Positions 13,200 to 25,325 of a stretch of 64,000 nucleotides of DNA are shown piece by piece. The notes beneath the pieces are model-generated. The model was not told the DNA's origin. It did no database searches and saw nothing but the letters and a program-made list of their open reading frames with translations. Source of the stretch: Camelus dromedarius (lineage: Eukaryota); assembly GCF_036321535.1 (NCBI RefSeq), contig NC_087447.1:50160001-50224000 (forward strand), in the 5' to 3' direction. Each line of letters begins with the position of its first letter. The stretch's first letter is position 1. A program made the translations under genes and the position numbers.

Positions 13200-13330
13200 A
13201 GAGGACAGGTGGGAAAGAGCGGGGCGGGGCCCGGGGGCTCGGTGGGGCGCTGGTGAAGCCGCCCTCCTTCCGGCCACACGCGGGCTCCGTGTGGATACCA
13301 CGGGAAAGCCCCAGCGCGGGTCTGGACTCA
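13200..13330. promoter_or_regulatory. Small CpG-rich candidate cis-element (GC box, ETS, NF-kB)
   Basis: ggggcggggc; cttccgg at 13267-13273; ggaaagcccc at 13303-13312 (reverse complement GGGGCTTTCC); local CpG cluster. Confidence 0.4.
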
Positions 13331-16300
13331 GCTCGTTGTGCCCCCAGCCTCCCCCCAGGATGGGCCTCTGAAGTGGAGTGGGGGCACAGTGCATGGGAGA
13401 GGGCTGGGCTAGGAAGACCCCCTGCCTCTGGAGGGACTTTGGAGGTCCCCCACCTTCTCTGGACACTAGGGTTCCCATCCACAGATGGGGTTTTCTTGCT
13501 GACTCTACTTCTCCAAGATGAGTGATCCTAACCGGGCAGGGGGTTAATGTTTGCAAAACCCTGTGCTGGCAACAGGCCCAAGGGGAGAGTTAGGGCTGCT
13601 CATTCAGGCCTCTGCAGGTCACTCCAGCCCCAGCCCTGTGGCCTGTACTTCCTTGTCCTTCACTTTGTACCCTATAGACTCCCTGCATCTGCCCCACCCC
13701 CTCCAGAATGTGCAGACTTCAGTCCCACACGACAAACAGGGCCCTTCAAGGGCAGGTCTCTGGCAGGTCTCTGGCACAGAGAAGGCACTGGGAAATATTT
13801 GCTGAAGGACCAACTCCAGGCAGAGAGAACAGCACAGGAAATAGGACTGGGTATGGCCCCCAGAATGTCTCTGGTGAGGCTCAGGGACATGAGATGGGCT
13901 CATGTCCCTGAGATGGGCTGGGGACAGAAGTGGCAGGAGAAGGGACTGGAGAAGGCATTTGGGGTAGACTGAGAAGGCTTTGAATGGTGGGCTGAGGCCT
14001 GGTGACGGGGAGGCCATGGCACAGGACACATTTGCTCCAGGAAGGAATTTGTGTCCGCAGCACAGAGGGCACAGCAAAGAGCAGAGAAAGGAGGGGGAGA
14101 GCAGGGCAGTGGGCCCACAGAGTACGGTGTGGGTGGGAGAGAGCCCAGAGCCTTGACAGAAGTGTCAGGATGGCCACTGCAGAGGTGCACGCCCCTCTTG
14201 ATGGGGGCTTGCTAGGCCCTAGGATCTCCCGGCACATGGCAGAGACAGGGAGGGGACCAGCGTACAGTAGCCTCAGTGCCTGGAGTTGGGGGGACCCTTG
14301 GTCTAGGATAGCCAGCCTGGGCAGGGTCTGGGGCAGGGGCAGTCACCACCCATCCCAAGACAAGCTTGGCCAGGGTGGAGTTGGGGAACTGGCGCTCTCA
14401 TCTAGAAGCTCCCATTTCCCCCGCCCTGGGCTTCTGCTCTCAGCTGGAGGCTGACACAAAGCCTGTCCCTTCTCCCTTCTGATACCCAGAAGCATCCTGC
14501 CCATCAGTTTTTCCACCTCTGATTTGTCTGCAACTCATCTCTACGCTCCAAGGCTGGGATCAATGACACCTCCTCCAGGCAGCCTCCCTTGAGCCTTCCC
14601 CTGCTCCTCCTTATTCGCTCTGTCTGTCCAGAAGCTGTCCCCTACCCAGGCCCCCATTGTTCTCAGAGCCCTTCTTTCTGGGATCCTGCTCCCAGTCTGC
14701 AGCTCTGGAGACAACACACATTCCAAGGATTCTGCAGCCCCCACCTCTGCCCTCAGCCTCCTTCAAAGAGGCCACTGGGGCTGGGGTCCTCTTCACAGAG
14801 GTGCCAGGCTGCCTGCCCCTCCCACACCCATCAGGCTTTACCAGTTCAGCTGCCTCCGAAGTTCTTCCAGGGGCGCTGAGGAGGGGCCCACGCAGTGGAG
14901 GGTGCGGCTGGGGAGGCCTGGCGGGGATGGTCAAGCTCGACCCAGGCCCAAAGCTGGGCTCTTCCTCGGACACCTGAGCAGCCCTAGTTAAGTCACTGCC
15001 CTCTTGGGACCTCAGTTTCCCTGAGATTTACAAAGATAAAGCGGGGCGGAGACAGCAGGGGACGGTGGCCATGAGCTTGGCCTTTGCAGGCAGACGACTC
15101 TGGGTCGTGACCCTGGCTTTGACCGCGCAGGCTGTGAGGCCTCTGCATGCCTCAGTTTTCTCCTCTGGCAAATATGGATGGTGCCAGCCCCGACCTCATG
15201 GGTGGTTGTGTGGTTCAGATGAGCTGCGCAGACACCCCACTGAGCTTAGGGGTGGCCAAGGCGAGTGCAAAGGGGAACAGTCCTCCCTTGGGGGCCTTCC
15301 AAAAGTACCCCCACCCCTGTCACCTCCTGCCACTCTTTGTTCCTCATCATAGACCATCCGTGGAGTCCTGTCCCTGCCTTTCCCTGCACTGTCCCTCTGC
15401 CTGTACTTCTCCCCTCCACAGCACTGGTCTGCCAGAGACCCGCCAGGTCGGCCCAGCCCACACCGACCTCTCCCACCTTGACCTCTCTGTCCACTCATTG
15501 GAGCCCCCACTGTGGACCTAGCACAATACACACCACATGCACCCCCAGAACAGGCACCCCTCTAGTACGCCTCCTTGACCAGCCTCCTGGCTGGAAAGAG
15601 ACGTTCTCTGCTTCATGATTCTGCTCTCCTTCTGAGCTCCTCTCCCTGAGCTGCTTTCCGGGTCCTCCCTGCTGGGAAGGAAGGACAGCGGGAAAGTCTT
15701 TTGGGAGGAGAGACATGGGACACCCTCTGAAATACAGTGATCTGAGCATGTGGGAGACCAGGGGCTGTCCAGAGGAGGTGGCTTAACCCTGTCGGGGAAG
15801 GGGATGATCAAGGAAGGCTTCCCAGAGGAGGTGGTGCTGAGCTGGAATTTGAGTGATGAGCACAGCTCTCCAGCAGACGAGGGTGAGGGGTCCTGCTGCA
15901 TGGTGGGAAAATACAAGTAACACCCCAAAGCCCGAAGCCGCAGGAACGGCGGAGGCGCCCAGGGTAGGAGGGTGGAAGGGCTCAGAAGGGAGAGGCCTGG
16001 GGAGGGGCTGGATCAAAAAGTGGCTCATGGGCCAGGCTCAGGCACTGGGGAGCTGCTGGGCAGATGTGATTGGCTGGTGGGAGGGGATATTTTGGAAGGG
16101 GTGAGACTGGATGCCCAGGGAGGGGCAGGGGTCACAGTCTGAGTCCCACCACGGAGGAAATAAGGAGTTCCCCTCCACTCGTGGGAGCTTCTCAGGCTGT
16201 GGGTTGAGCCTACTCTCCTGGCATTTCTCCTCCTGGACAGTCTCATCCCCCACCCCTCACCTGCACCTGCAAAATCTTCCTCACTGGTCGCTGCCCTACC

Positions 16301-18934
16301 AGAAGTCCAGGTGAATTCTTTTAGTTTTTTTCCAAGCCTCAGTGTCCCCAGCCAGGTTGACAAAGCCTTAAGGCAGGGCCAGAGCACGCTCATCCACCAG
16401 TCACCACAGTGCCCAGCTGGGTTCCAGCAGCAAAGATGCTCAGTCATGGAAATCTTCCAGTGGTTCCAACCCTACCTAGGCTGGCAGCCTCGCCTCTGGT
16501 CCCTCCCCCCAGGCTTCAGCTCTCCCGGCACACTGGCCTCGAACACACCCTGCCTGCACCTTCCTACTGGGCCTCTGCAAGCTCCTCCCTCCACTGGGGT
16601 CACCCTCCCCTCACCCCTCTAACTAGTCACTGTCCACCAGGTCTCAGCTTTAAAGGCCATCCCTTCCCCGAAGCAGCCCTTCCTGACCCTCAGGCTAAGG
16701 TAGCTCCCTTCCTTCCTTCCTCCCATCTCTCCCTACAGAGTCATCCTCATAGTGGTCATCTGGGGGACCGACTCCCCAGCAGGGTGTAAGTCCCATGGGG
16801 CAGAGAGTAGTAGGCCTGGGTCACAGCGTGAGTTAGGCTGAGCAGGGAGCTGAGCCTCACACCCCTAGGCCCTCTCTCAGGGCCGCTCCCAGAGCCCCTC
16901 TGGAACTCCTGGGGCTGGGAAGGGCAGGGCCCTCCTGGTGGGCCTCAGTGCAGACTGAATTGGGTGGGGTGGGGAGGGGAGGGAGGACTAGAACCCGGGC
17001 CAGCCCAGGGGCATACCCCACCCTCCTGCCCCACACTGTTCCCTGAGACCTGGGGCTTTCCACTCACACTCCCGGGAGGGCCAGTCCCCACCTTCTCCTG
17101 TGACACGCTCCTATTCCCACCAAGACCAACCCTGATGTCATCCTCTCCCTGAAGCTGGTGCTGACCTCCAGGCAGGGTTGGTCACCTCCACCTCAGGATG
17201 CCCCGTGTCATTCATTAGCTCTCTACCAGTCTGTCCCCCTCCCCACACCAGGTCTGGGGACCCTTGAAGGCAGGCCTTTGGCTGCTTATGTCTCTGTATT
17301 TGTCCATCTCCAGATGGCTTCCAGACGGCCTCCAGCCTGTCCCCTGGGCCCCCTGGCACCCCTGCTTGGGCCTCCCAGGCAAGACAGCAGTGGGCCTCAC
17401 CCTGTCCTTACTAGCTCTGATTTGTGGGGCCCTGGAGGTGGTAAAAGAAGCCTAGGCCTCCTACCTCTTCCTGCTTGGGCCCCGTGCACCTCTTGGGGGC
17501 TCCGAGGGCGAGAACCCCCTTGGAGGAGGCATCTCTCAGCAGCAGCAGGGAAGCGACACGGTCAGCTCGCTCAGCTCATCTGTCAGCCCGCTGGTCAACA
17601 CCTGCCCGCCTCTCGGAGAGGGGCTGGCTCTGGCCTCCCCCCAGGGCCTGTTTCCCTTGGAGCCATCTCCCGGAGCTGTCTGCTCCCCATGAGCAAAACC
17701 CATTCATTTTCTTCTGAAAACACAAACCACTTCCTGGCTTCGCAGAGAACTGCCCAGGTGAAATGGGCCATGATCTCAGAATAGTATGCACAGCCCCCTC
17801 ACCACCCAGCTGGTCAAGGGTGTGTCCCCCGTGCCCCCCAGTCCCCTTCCCCGGCTCGTATATCTCCCCACAGACATACATACTCAGCCTATCCACACAC
17901 TTGACTCCAGGCCCCCCACCTATTCAGCCCTGCACAGAGGACTGAGGCAGGTGCAGAATGTTCTTTTATTCAACAGATGCCACCAAGCATCTTCTTTGTG
18001 CCAGGGCCTTGGCTGGGCACGAGGGTGACAGGTGGGCATGCCCTGGTCCTGCCTAAGAGTTAGCCGGCCTGGATGGGGACCCTGAGGTATGGAGAAAAGC
18101 CAGACCCTATAACCCCACATCTGGGTTTGCACCCTGACTTGGCCACTCTCAAGGCCTTGTGGCGGGAGCAAATCCTGGGACCTCATCCCTGAGTGCAGAC
18201 GGCACAGGACTGGGCTGTGGGGATGAGCAGAGGCCGTGAGCAAAGGCAGCAAGGTGTTTTCAAAGGGGATGTCCGCTACACAACCCTATGCAATACTTAG
18301 TTAAGAAGTAGGCTACAAGGCAACAGCTACTCGGTGCTGAGTGAACAGCTCTCTCTGGGAAGTGCTAAAGAGCAGCACAAGTGGGTGAGGTTGCACGGAG
18401 CCCCCGGAGGTGGGAGCCGGAGGTCTGCCTCTCACTACCTCCATGAGGGCCTCTAGCCCAGGCCTCGCCTTGGACAGACAGGGACACTGATGTCCATAGA
18501 GGAGTGGGATCTTGTCTCAGGGGAGTGAGGCTCAGAGTGGCTGGGGCTGGAGGAGGCACCAAACCCAGTTTCACAGTAGATGTCCCCACAACCCTAGATG
18601 AAGAGGAAGAGGAGGATGAGAAATGATAGGGGAGGTCTACAGAGGACTAGGTGGGGGGATTGGGGCACTGGTGTGGAGCCTGGGGTGTTGATGAGGAATC
18701 TAACAACCCCTGGACATCCCGCAGTCCTCAGACCCAGCCTGTTCAAAAGCCCCACCCCCCAACCCCCCAAACCTGCTCTCTGGCCCCTCACCCCAGTTCT
18801 CTCTCTGGGCAGGGTGCTCCTACCCTCCCGAAGCCCAGCCAGAGTGTGGCCATTCCTGAAATGTCCCGTTTCTCCCTCCCTCCCTCCCCACAGTGAACCT
18901 GTCTGCAAGGTCTGGCAGCCCCACCTAGTGAAAA

Positions 18935-19742
18935 CCTCTCCACGGTGAAGGTGTGGGCACCTGCGAGTCTCATGCGCAGCCGGAGGAGTGCAAACTGGCA
19001 CGAGCACTTAGGAAAACAGTGTTGCCGTTCAAGCTGAATATATGAGTTCTGGCTCCTGGGAGCCAGTAATAGGGATGTACCCAGAGACGTGCTGGTAAAA
19101 GTTGACCAACCAGCTCTTCAAAAAATTAAATCCCTAATTTGTAGCATTTGCCAATTTCTCTGGTGTAAATAGTCTCCGTGGCCCATTTTGAACTATGTAC
19201 CAATGAGATGTCACCGAATGCAGAGTCGAGAAGAGAGACATAAAAAGGGCCCTGGTGAGCACACCCCTGGATACCTCCCACACAAAGGACTAGAACATTC
19301 ACAGCAGCGCTATTCCGAATAGCCCTAAACCAGACACTACCACATGCCCACCCACAGTAGAAAGAGTAAATAAACTGTGGTCTGTCCACACAACGGAGTA
19401 TCATGCAGCCAACTGAGTGGACAAGCCACTGGGGCTACACTGTGGGTGACTGTCACGTGTTCTGTGTTGCACAAGAGAAGCTGGACACAAACAGGTACGC
19501 ACTGTGCTAAGTCCCACAGCAGGAAAGCTGATCTGCAGTGACAGAGGGCAGGGTAGTGGTCCCCGTGGAAGGAGTCCTGACTGCAAAGGGTGCAAAGCTC
19601 TGTTCTGTTTCTGGACCTGCTTGGTGCTTACTCAAGTGTGTTTTGCTAATTTACTGAGCTGTGTATTTGTGATATGTGTACTTCCCCGCATCATGTTATA
19701 CTTCAATAGTGAGTTTTTGTAAAGAAAAACAAAAAGAAAAAA
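18935..19742 (+). mobile_element. L1ME-type 3' fragment interrupted by MER63A
   Basis: gagtgcaaactggcac...ggaaaacagt; agaacattcacagcagcgctatt; taaataaactgtgg; tgttctgtttctggacctg; tgttatacttcaata followed by an A-rich tail. Confidence 0.8.
19082..19269. mobile_element. MER63A (hAT-Blackjack)
   Basis: cag...gtgctggtaaa; ccctaatttgtagcatttgccaatttc; ggtgtaaata; ends agcacacccctg. Confidence 0.82.
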
Positions 19743-19849
19743 ACACCCAATCCTCTCGGCTCCCCTAAAACCTCCCACACTCTAGTTTCTCCAAAGTTCT
19801 TAATTTTTTCTCATAACGTATCAATGAGCACAGCTTTTATCCATTTTTT

Positions 19850-20086
19850 ATGTATGTATATTTTAATTGAAGGATGTAGTCTGTTTACAATGTTGTATCA
19901 GTTTCTGGTGTACAGCACAATACTTCAGTCATGTAGGAACATACATATATTCATTTTCATGTTCTTTTTCACCATAAGTTACTGTAAGATATTGAATATG
20001 GTTCCCTATGCTATACAGTATAAACTTGTTGTTTATCTGTTTTATATAGATTGGGTAGTATCTGCAAATCTCGAACTCCCAATTTA
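19850..20086 (-). mobile_element. Younger lineage-specific (artiodactyl/camelid) L1 3' end
   Basis: ttttaattgaag...tttacaatgttgtatcagtttctggtgtacagca...gatattgaatatggttccctatgctatacagta...aactcccaattta. Confidence 0.83.
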
Positions 20087-20094
20087 CATTTTTT

Positions 20095-20316
20095 TTCTTT
20101 TTTGTACTGGGATGTAAGTGGCATACGATAGTACACTAGTTTCAGGTATACAACATAATTCAGTATTTGTGTATATTGTGAAAAGATCACCACCATTAGT
20201 CTAGTTAACATCCATCACCATATGCTGTTACAAAATTTTTTTCTTGTGATGAGAACTTTAAAGACCTACTCTCTTAGCAACTTTCAAATATACAATATAG
20301 TGTTGTTAACTATAGT
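20095..20316 (-). mobile_element. Older L1 (L1MA9-like) 3' end
   Basis: tagtttcaggtatacaacata...gtctagttaacatccatcacc...tttttcttgtgatgagaact...tactctcttagcaactttcaaatatacaata. Confidence 0.83.
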
Positions 20317-20409
20317 AACACCAAACTTCTTACCATTCAAAAGATAGTCACCGAGGGCTTACCATGTGCCAGGCCATTTTCCCCAAACATCTTGTACCCT
20401 CTCGAGGAC

Positions 20410-20783
20410 TGTCATTTTGCATGTGCTGTTCCCTCTGCCGTAGGGGCCTACCCACACCTTAGCTGCCTGATGAACTCAGCTGCAAAATTCAGGCTAGGCC
20501 TCATCTCCCTATCCTCCTGGAAACTCCCTGACCCCAGGCTATGTTAGAGGCACCTCCCCAGGGCTTCCACAGTCCCTGAGCTTCCTTTTGTCCCCACACT
20601 GAGCACACTTTGTCGTTGTCATTGCCTGTGTCCACACCTGTCTCCCCACCAGACTGTGACCTCATCCTGGACAAAGGCCAAGTCCGACTCATCTCAGGGT
20701 CCCCATCCCCAGCTTAGGGCCTGGAGCAGAGCTGGCATCAGGAAATTTGTGTGGAGTAAGTGGAGGAATCAGGTGATGAATGA
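20410..20783 (+). mobile_element. L2 3' region
   Basis: tttgcatgtgctgttccctctgcc...ctgtctccccaccagactgtga...gggcctgg...gaatga tail. Confidence 0.78.
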
Positions 20784-22040
20784 GCCAAGGGAGCAGGGTC
20801 GTGGAGCTTTCTGGGCTGTTCTGATTTCACAGTTTCTTTCCAGTTGCTCCAATAAGAAGTCAGTGAGTGGCAGACCATGGTCTCAGCCGATGTTTCAGAA
20901 AGCACCGTCCCCACTTCTGGCAGGGATACACAGTGGGCTGTGTGGCTGGAGTTGGGGTCCAAGCTCTGGCTCTGCTTTAGTGGGTCCCTGTTCCCTCTCC
21001 TCCCCAAGTCTCAGTCCACAATCTGTGAATGGAGACTGGAAAGTGTCTGAGGGTCCTTGCCATGTGGCCATTTCGGCCCTTGCTGTGTCTGCTCCAAGCT
21101 GCCCTTGGGCCTCACGCTCCAGCGCCTGCGGCTCTGGGAGGTGGGACCGACAGCCGCAGAGGTGGGAGCCCCGGTGCATTAATGCGGCTGGTGTTTACCC
21201 AGGCTGGGCCCATAAAATGCCTCAAGCGGAACTAAGCTCGGCTTGGAGCAATGTGGCATTGTCCGTTCCAGCTCTTGAACCTTGGAATGGACTACTTGGG
21301 TGGGCACCTCATTCCTTAGACATCTTGGAAAACTCCAGAGGGAAGCTTGGCAAGGCCTCGGAGGAGAGGAGAGGAAAAGGTTGGGTTTGCAGCGCTTGGG
21401 GACCTGAGAGGTCAACGTGCCCCGCACCCAGTCCCATGCAAGGATCCCCTGCAGGCTGCATTATGGCCTGAGGGAAGGAGGACTTGGACTTGTCCTGCGT
21501 GCTGCTTCTCAGCAGAAACCTTCACTCGTACCCAGGTGGCATAGTTCTCTGAAATGTCACCTCTGCCTAGGCTGTGGCTTCTTTCCCTACATTGTTGCTG
21601 AGCTCCTGAGGGCAGGGACCTGAGTCCTCTCATCTGTTTGTCCCCAGCCTGGCTGTTTTCTAAGTTCTGGCTCTGTGCCCTGCCCTGTGCTGAGCTTGGG
21701 GCCAGAGAAGCATCAGATTCAGTCTTGCCTTTGGGTCATTTACGTCTAGTGGGAAAAACAGCTGGGTACCCATTGTATCAGAGGATAAAGCAAGAATTCA
21801 TCATCAATCATTCCATCCATCCACCTACCCAGCGTCCATCCCTCCATCTACTTATTCACTCAACCATCCATCCATCTCTTGACAACAGTCCCATCAGCTT
21901 CTGGGGAGCAAAGCTATAAGCTCAGGCTCTGGAGTCACATGGTTCTGAGTTCAGAACTGTCCCCCATTGCATGACATTTGGCTTCTCTTTCCAGCTCTCT
22001 GGGCTTCAATTTTCTCATCATTAAAAAACTTGCCTCAGCA

Positions 22041-22207
22041 GGGAGAGGGTATAGCTCAATGGTAGAGTGTGTGCTTAGCATACATAAGGTCCTGGATTCA
22101 ATCCCCAGTATTTCCATTTAAATAAATAAACTAATAAATAAACAAACCTAATTACCTCCCCCCAAAAGAAAACCAAATAACATTAAAAAAAAACAAAGCA
22201 AAACAAA
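22041..22207 (+). mobile_element. Camelid tRNA-derived SINE (vic-1 type)
   Basis: gggagagggtatagctcaatggtagag with A-box tagctcaatgg at 22052-22062; B-box-like ggattcaatcc; body aaacctaattacctccccc; A-rich tail. Confidence 0.88.
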
Positions 22208-22279
22208 CCCTATCTCATAGTGTAGTTATGAGATTCCCTGAGACAAGACAGGTAAACTGATGAGAACAGGACCTGGCAG

Positions 22280-23396
22280 GGAGGCAGACTTACCTGGAAG
22301 GTAACAAGCTGCATTTCAGAGCCCTATGCTTACAAGAATATTCTCCGCAAGAGAGATGAAATGTGTTTCTACGGTCATATATTTTTATGAAGTTTTGTAA
22401 AAAGTAGGGTATTTTAGCCACCAAGGGCTGATAGCACTTTTTCACCCTGAATCCCCCTGTGTCCTCCCTTCCTGTTGAGTGGTGGTGAGTGGCTGCGGCA
22501 TTTGGGGGATCTGGCTACAGGGAAGTTGAATTGAGGATACGTTTACAGTAACTGGGATTAGTGGTGTAGATTTATATGCTTTGCTGTCACTGTGGGTATA
22601 GTTCTTGCCAGCCGTCCTGGTGGAGGACCAGCTTCCAGAACGAAGACCTCTGTGGTCCATGGTGCCGACTCCTTCCACACCGGGACTGCGACCTGGCCCG
22701 GAAGTGCGTGGCTAGTGGGAGAGAAACAAGGTCTGCAATGTGTGAAGCTGGAGGTTAGTCTGTGGAATTGTCTTTACAGTGTCAGATGTGCCAAACTGTA
22801 GGCAAAGAATTTGAGCCTTATCAAAATAGAAACTCTCTCCTGTCCGTAATGTCACTGCTAAGAAGCCTGTGTAATTAGAAATTACAAATACAACTTCTTT
22901 ATCTTGAGGGGAACTACATGGAACAGAACTGAGCATAAGTTCTGTGCTTGCAGGGCACAACTGTAGCAGTACCACCACCAGCAAGTACAGTTGTGTCTAA
23001 AGTTGCATATTTTATGTATCCCAACTAACAATAAACTAGTTTTAATTGATCATATGAGAGGAAAGACTGAAATATCTTTCTCCTCTTTTGACAGAAAATA
23101 TTACAAAAGTTACTATGAGGAAGCAAATAAAGAGTATGCAGTCCAAAATTATAAGAAAAGCGTTATAAAGGTATTTCTGACAGTTAAGAAAAAATATTAC
23201 TTTTCTGAATTTGTTGGTTTGTGGTATTCAACCACTTTTAAAAGTTTATAATTGATTGTGATCTCTTTTCTCATTCTAATTATTTACTTTTGTACTTGAT
23301 TTTGTGTGTGTGTGTGTGTGTGTGTGTTTTCTCCTCTTAAAGAGGGCTCTTCAAATGGCATAAGTTTCAGGTCCCTCAAAACTGGATCAGACCCTG
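22280..23396 (+). mobile_element. Internally deleted Zaphod (hAT-Tip100) DNA transposon with both ends
   Basis: 5' end gaggcagacttacc...ggtcatatattttt; 3' end taagtttcaggtccc...ctggatcagaccctg; transposase C-terminal relics EERLKYLS (23058-23081) and YEEANKEYA (23114-23140); TSD cctggcag/cctagcac. Confidence 0.85.
23303..23326. repeat. (TG)12 microsatellite
   Basis: Read directly from the sequence. Confidence 0.95.
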
Positions 23397-23805
23397 CCTA
23401 GCACATACTAAGTGTTCAGTAGTGCTGGGAAGTTCTGACTTGGTCCTCTTGCTCTAGCCAGCACTCCAGTCAAAGTATTCCCCTTCCTTCCACTGTGGAA
23501 CCCAACGCCCCCTACCCACTTTGCAATTACAAACAGATACATGGAGGCAGATACAAGGGCAGATGTAAGGTTAATGCTGGCTCAGCCAACCAATGTCCTG
23601 TCACACATCTGTCTCTCCCACCAGAGGAGAGGCTCTCAGGCAAGAATGTGTCTGACTCACCTGGGTTCCCAGTGCCCAGCACATACCTGGTGTGACAAGG
23701 TCCTAGAACCCGTAGGAGGAATCTGTTTCAGGCTCAGTGTCAGTCACAGTTGGGTTCCCTTAGCTTCCTTCAATTTTCATTTGATGAACAAAGAGGAGTG
23801 TAGCT

Positions 23806-24018
23806 TGGTGGTGTTAAACTGAACCCTCCAGACCCTCAGAGGGGCCCTAGGAGCAGCCAAGAGGGTCGAGGGAAGGCTGAGCGGTTGGGATTCCAAGTCC
23901 TGCTCACCTCCCTTCAACCAGTGCACCTTCCCTTTTGTTGGATGTATTCCCTGGGGTCTGCATACGAGCTCATCTGGAAAATGTGATGCAGTGAGAAAAA
24001 CAGGATGGAAGAGCGCTG
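23806..24018. mobile_element. MER102-like (hAT-Charlie)
   Basis: gagggaaggctgagcgg...cttcaaccagtgcacc...; degenerate terminal inverted repeats. Confidence 0.65.
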
Positions 24019-24499
24019 GTGTGTTCCTGCCGCACGTGTATTCTAAGAGGCACTGAGCTGTGTTCCCGGCTCATGCTTGGTAAGTAGAGAGAATCTTTTG
24101 GAAGGCATTTTGTGAGTTGACCTCACCCTTTGCATCCTTGTATTTTTTCTGTCCTTTTTGTCCCTTCTTCCTTTAAAAACTGGTTGAGTTCTATGTCTGT
24201 AGGCCACCTCCTTTTGCAATGAAGTGGGCTAGGAATAAATTCATCTAAAGGTTTAACAAAAGTGTGTTGCATGTCCTCTTTCCCACCTGCCCTCCCTCAT
24301 GGAATAATTATCAGGCCCCTGTATGTTTTCCCCATGGGATGATGAGCTCTGTAGGTACCCACCCAGCACCTTCCCAAATGGTACGAGTTCTCACTACATG
24401 ATTACGGAAGGAAGGAGGGGAGGGAGGAAAGGATGTCCTATGTCACAACCCGTCACACCAGGGTGTGTGGCAGGAGCATGCCCAAGCTCTGGACTTACA

Positions 24500-24690
24500 C
24501 ACCCCCAGGTTCGAATCGTGGCTCCGCAGCCCACCAACTGTGTAACCTGGGGCAAGTCACCGCCCCTCTCTGAGTCTCGTCTCTGAAACAGGAACGATGA
24601 TCCCTGTCTTTCAGGTCAGTGAAGAATCGGTGAGATAAAGTGTGCAGAACACCCAGCCGGGGCTTGACACACAGTAGGTTCTCAGGAAAG
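24500..24690 (+). mobile_element. MIR SINE
   Basis: ggttcgaatc B-box; tgtgtaacctggggcaagtcac; acacagtagg. Confidence 0.8.
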
Positions 24691-25159
24691 GGCTGGAGAA
24701 TGAACCAAACTGGCTTAGAAGGGGAGGGGCCTCTGTGTGCAGAGCCTGTCCCACACCGGGGCCTCCTCTCTCCCACGAGTTCCTTGGGCCCAGGGGCTCC
24801 AAGTCCAGTGGGGCAGAACCTTTTAATGGGGCCAGCCCGGGAGGGTGGGTGGACGCAATCAAGCCTGCCCAGGCTTGGCAGGCAGCCTGGCCCACTAAAG
24901 GCCGCCCGTGCGGCTGCCGGGCCTCTGACAACAGGGTGTTCTGAGACCTGCCTGCCACCGGCCATATAATCTGCTTGTCCCCTTACTCTGTGGGCTCCTT
25001 AAGGCTTGGTGTGCATGGTTAGCAGCCCGATGTGACAAAGTGGGCACAGAGCAGGTGCTCAGCCAACATTAGGTGAGTTGAACAGTTACATCCTGTAGGC
25101 ACATGGATACCTCTGTAAAATGCAGAAACCTGTGGCCCCTTATGGGAAAAATGAAGTAA

Positions 25160-25325
25160 TACAACACCAGCCATTTATTGAGTGCCTACAATAATGAGGC
25201 ATATTTATATTATTTGACTGTCAGAGTATTATTCCCACTTTACAGGTGGAGAAACTGAGGCTCAGGGAGGTTAAAGTTTGCTCAAGGTCACAGAGAAGGC
25301 ATGTGCTGTGGTCAGGGTTCCAGCC
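25160..25325 (-). mobile_element. MIR SINE
   Basis: catttattgagtgcctac...cccactttacaggtggagaaactgaggctcagggaggttaa. Confidence 0.85.

Larger units (their letters stand above)
21915..23430 (+). mobile_element. Host MIR broken into three pieces (21915-22040, 22208-22279, 23397-23430)
   Basis: ggctctggagtca / ctctctgggcttcaattttctcatc / cctatctcatagtgtagttatgagatt...agaacaggacctggca / cctagcacatactaagtgttca occur in consensus order. Confidence 0.72.

Noticed and set aside
20656..21471. Longest ORF (271 aa)
   Set aside because: Starts at a non-ATG codon inside an L2 tail; no recognisable protein features
22041..22115. tRNA-Ala-like gene (also 47954-48030)
   Set aside because: Continues into a SINE body with an A-rich tail (and a TSD in the second copy), and the stems are degenerate; it is a SINE head, not a tRNA gene
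22991..23251. 86-aa ORF as a transposase gene
   Set aside because: Frameshifted C-terminal relic of a non-autonomous Zaphod
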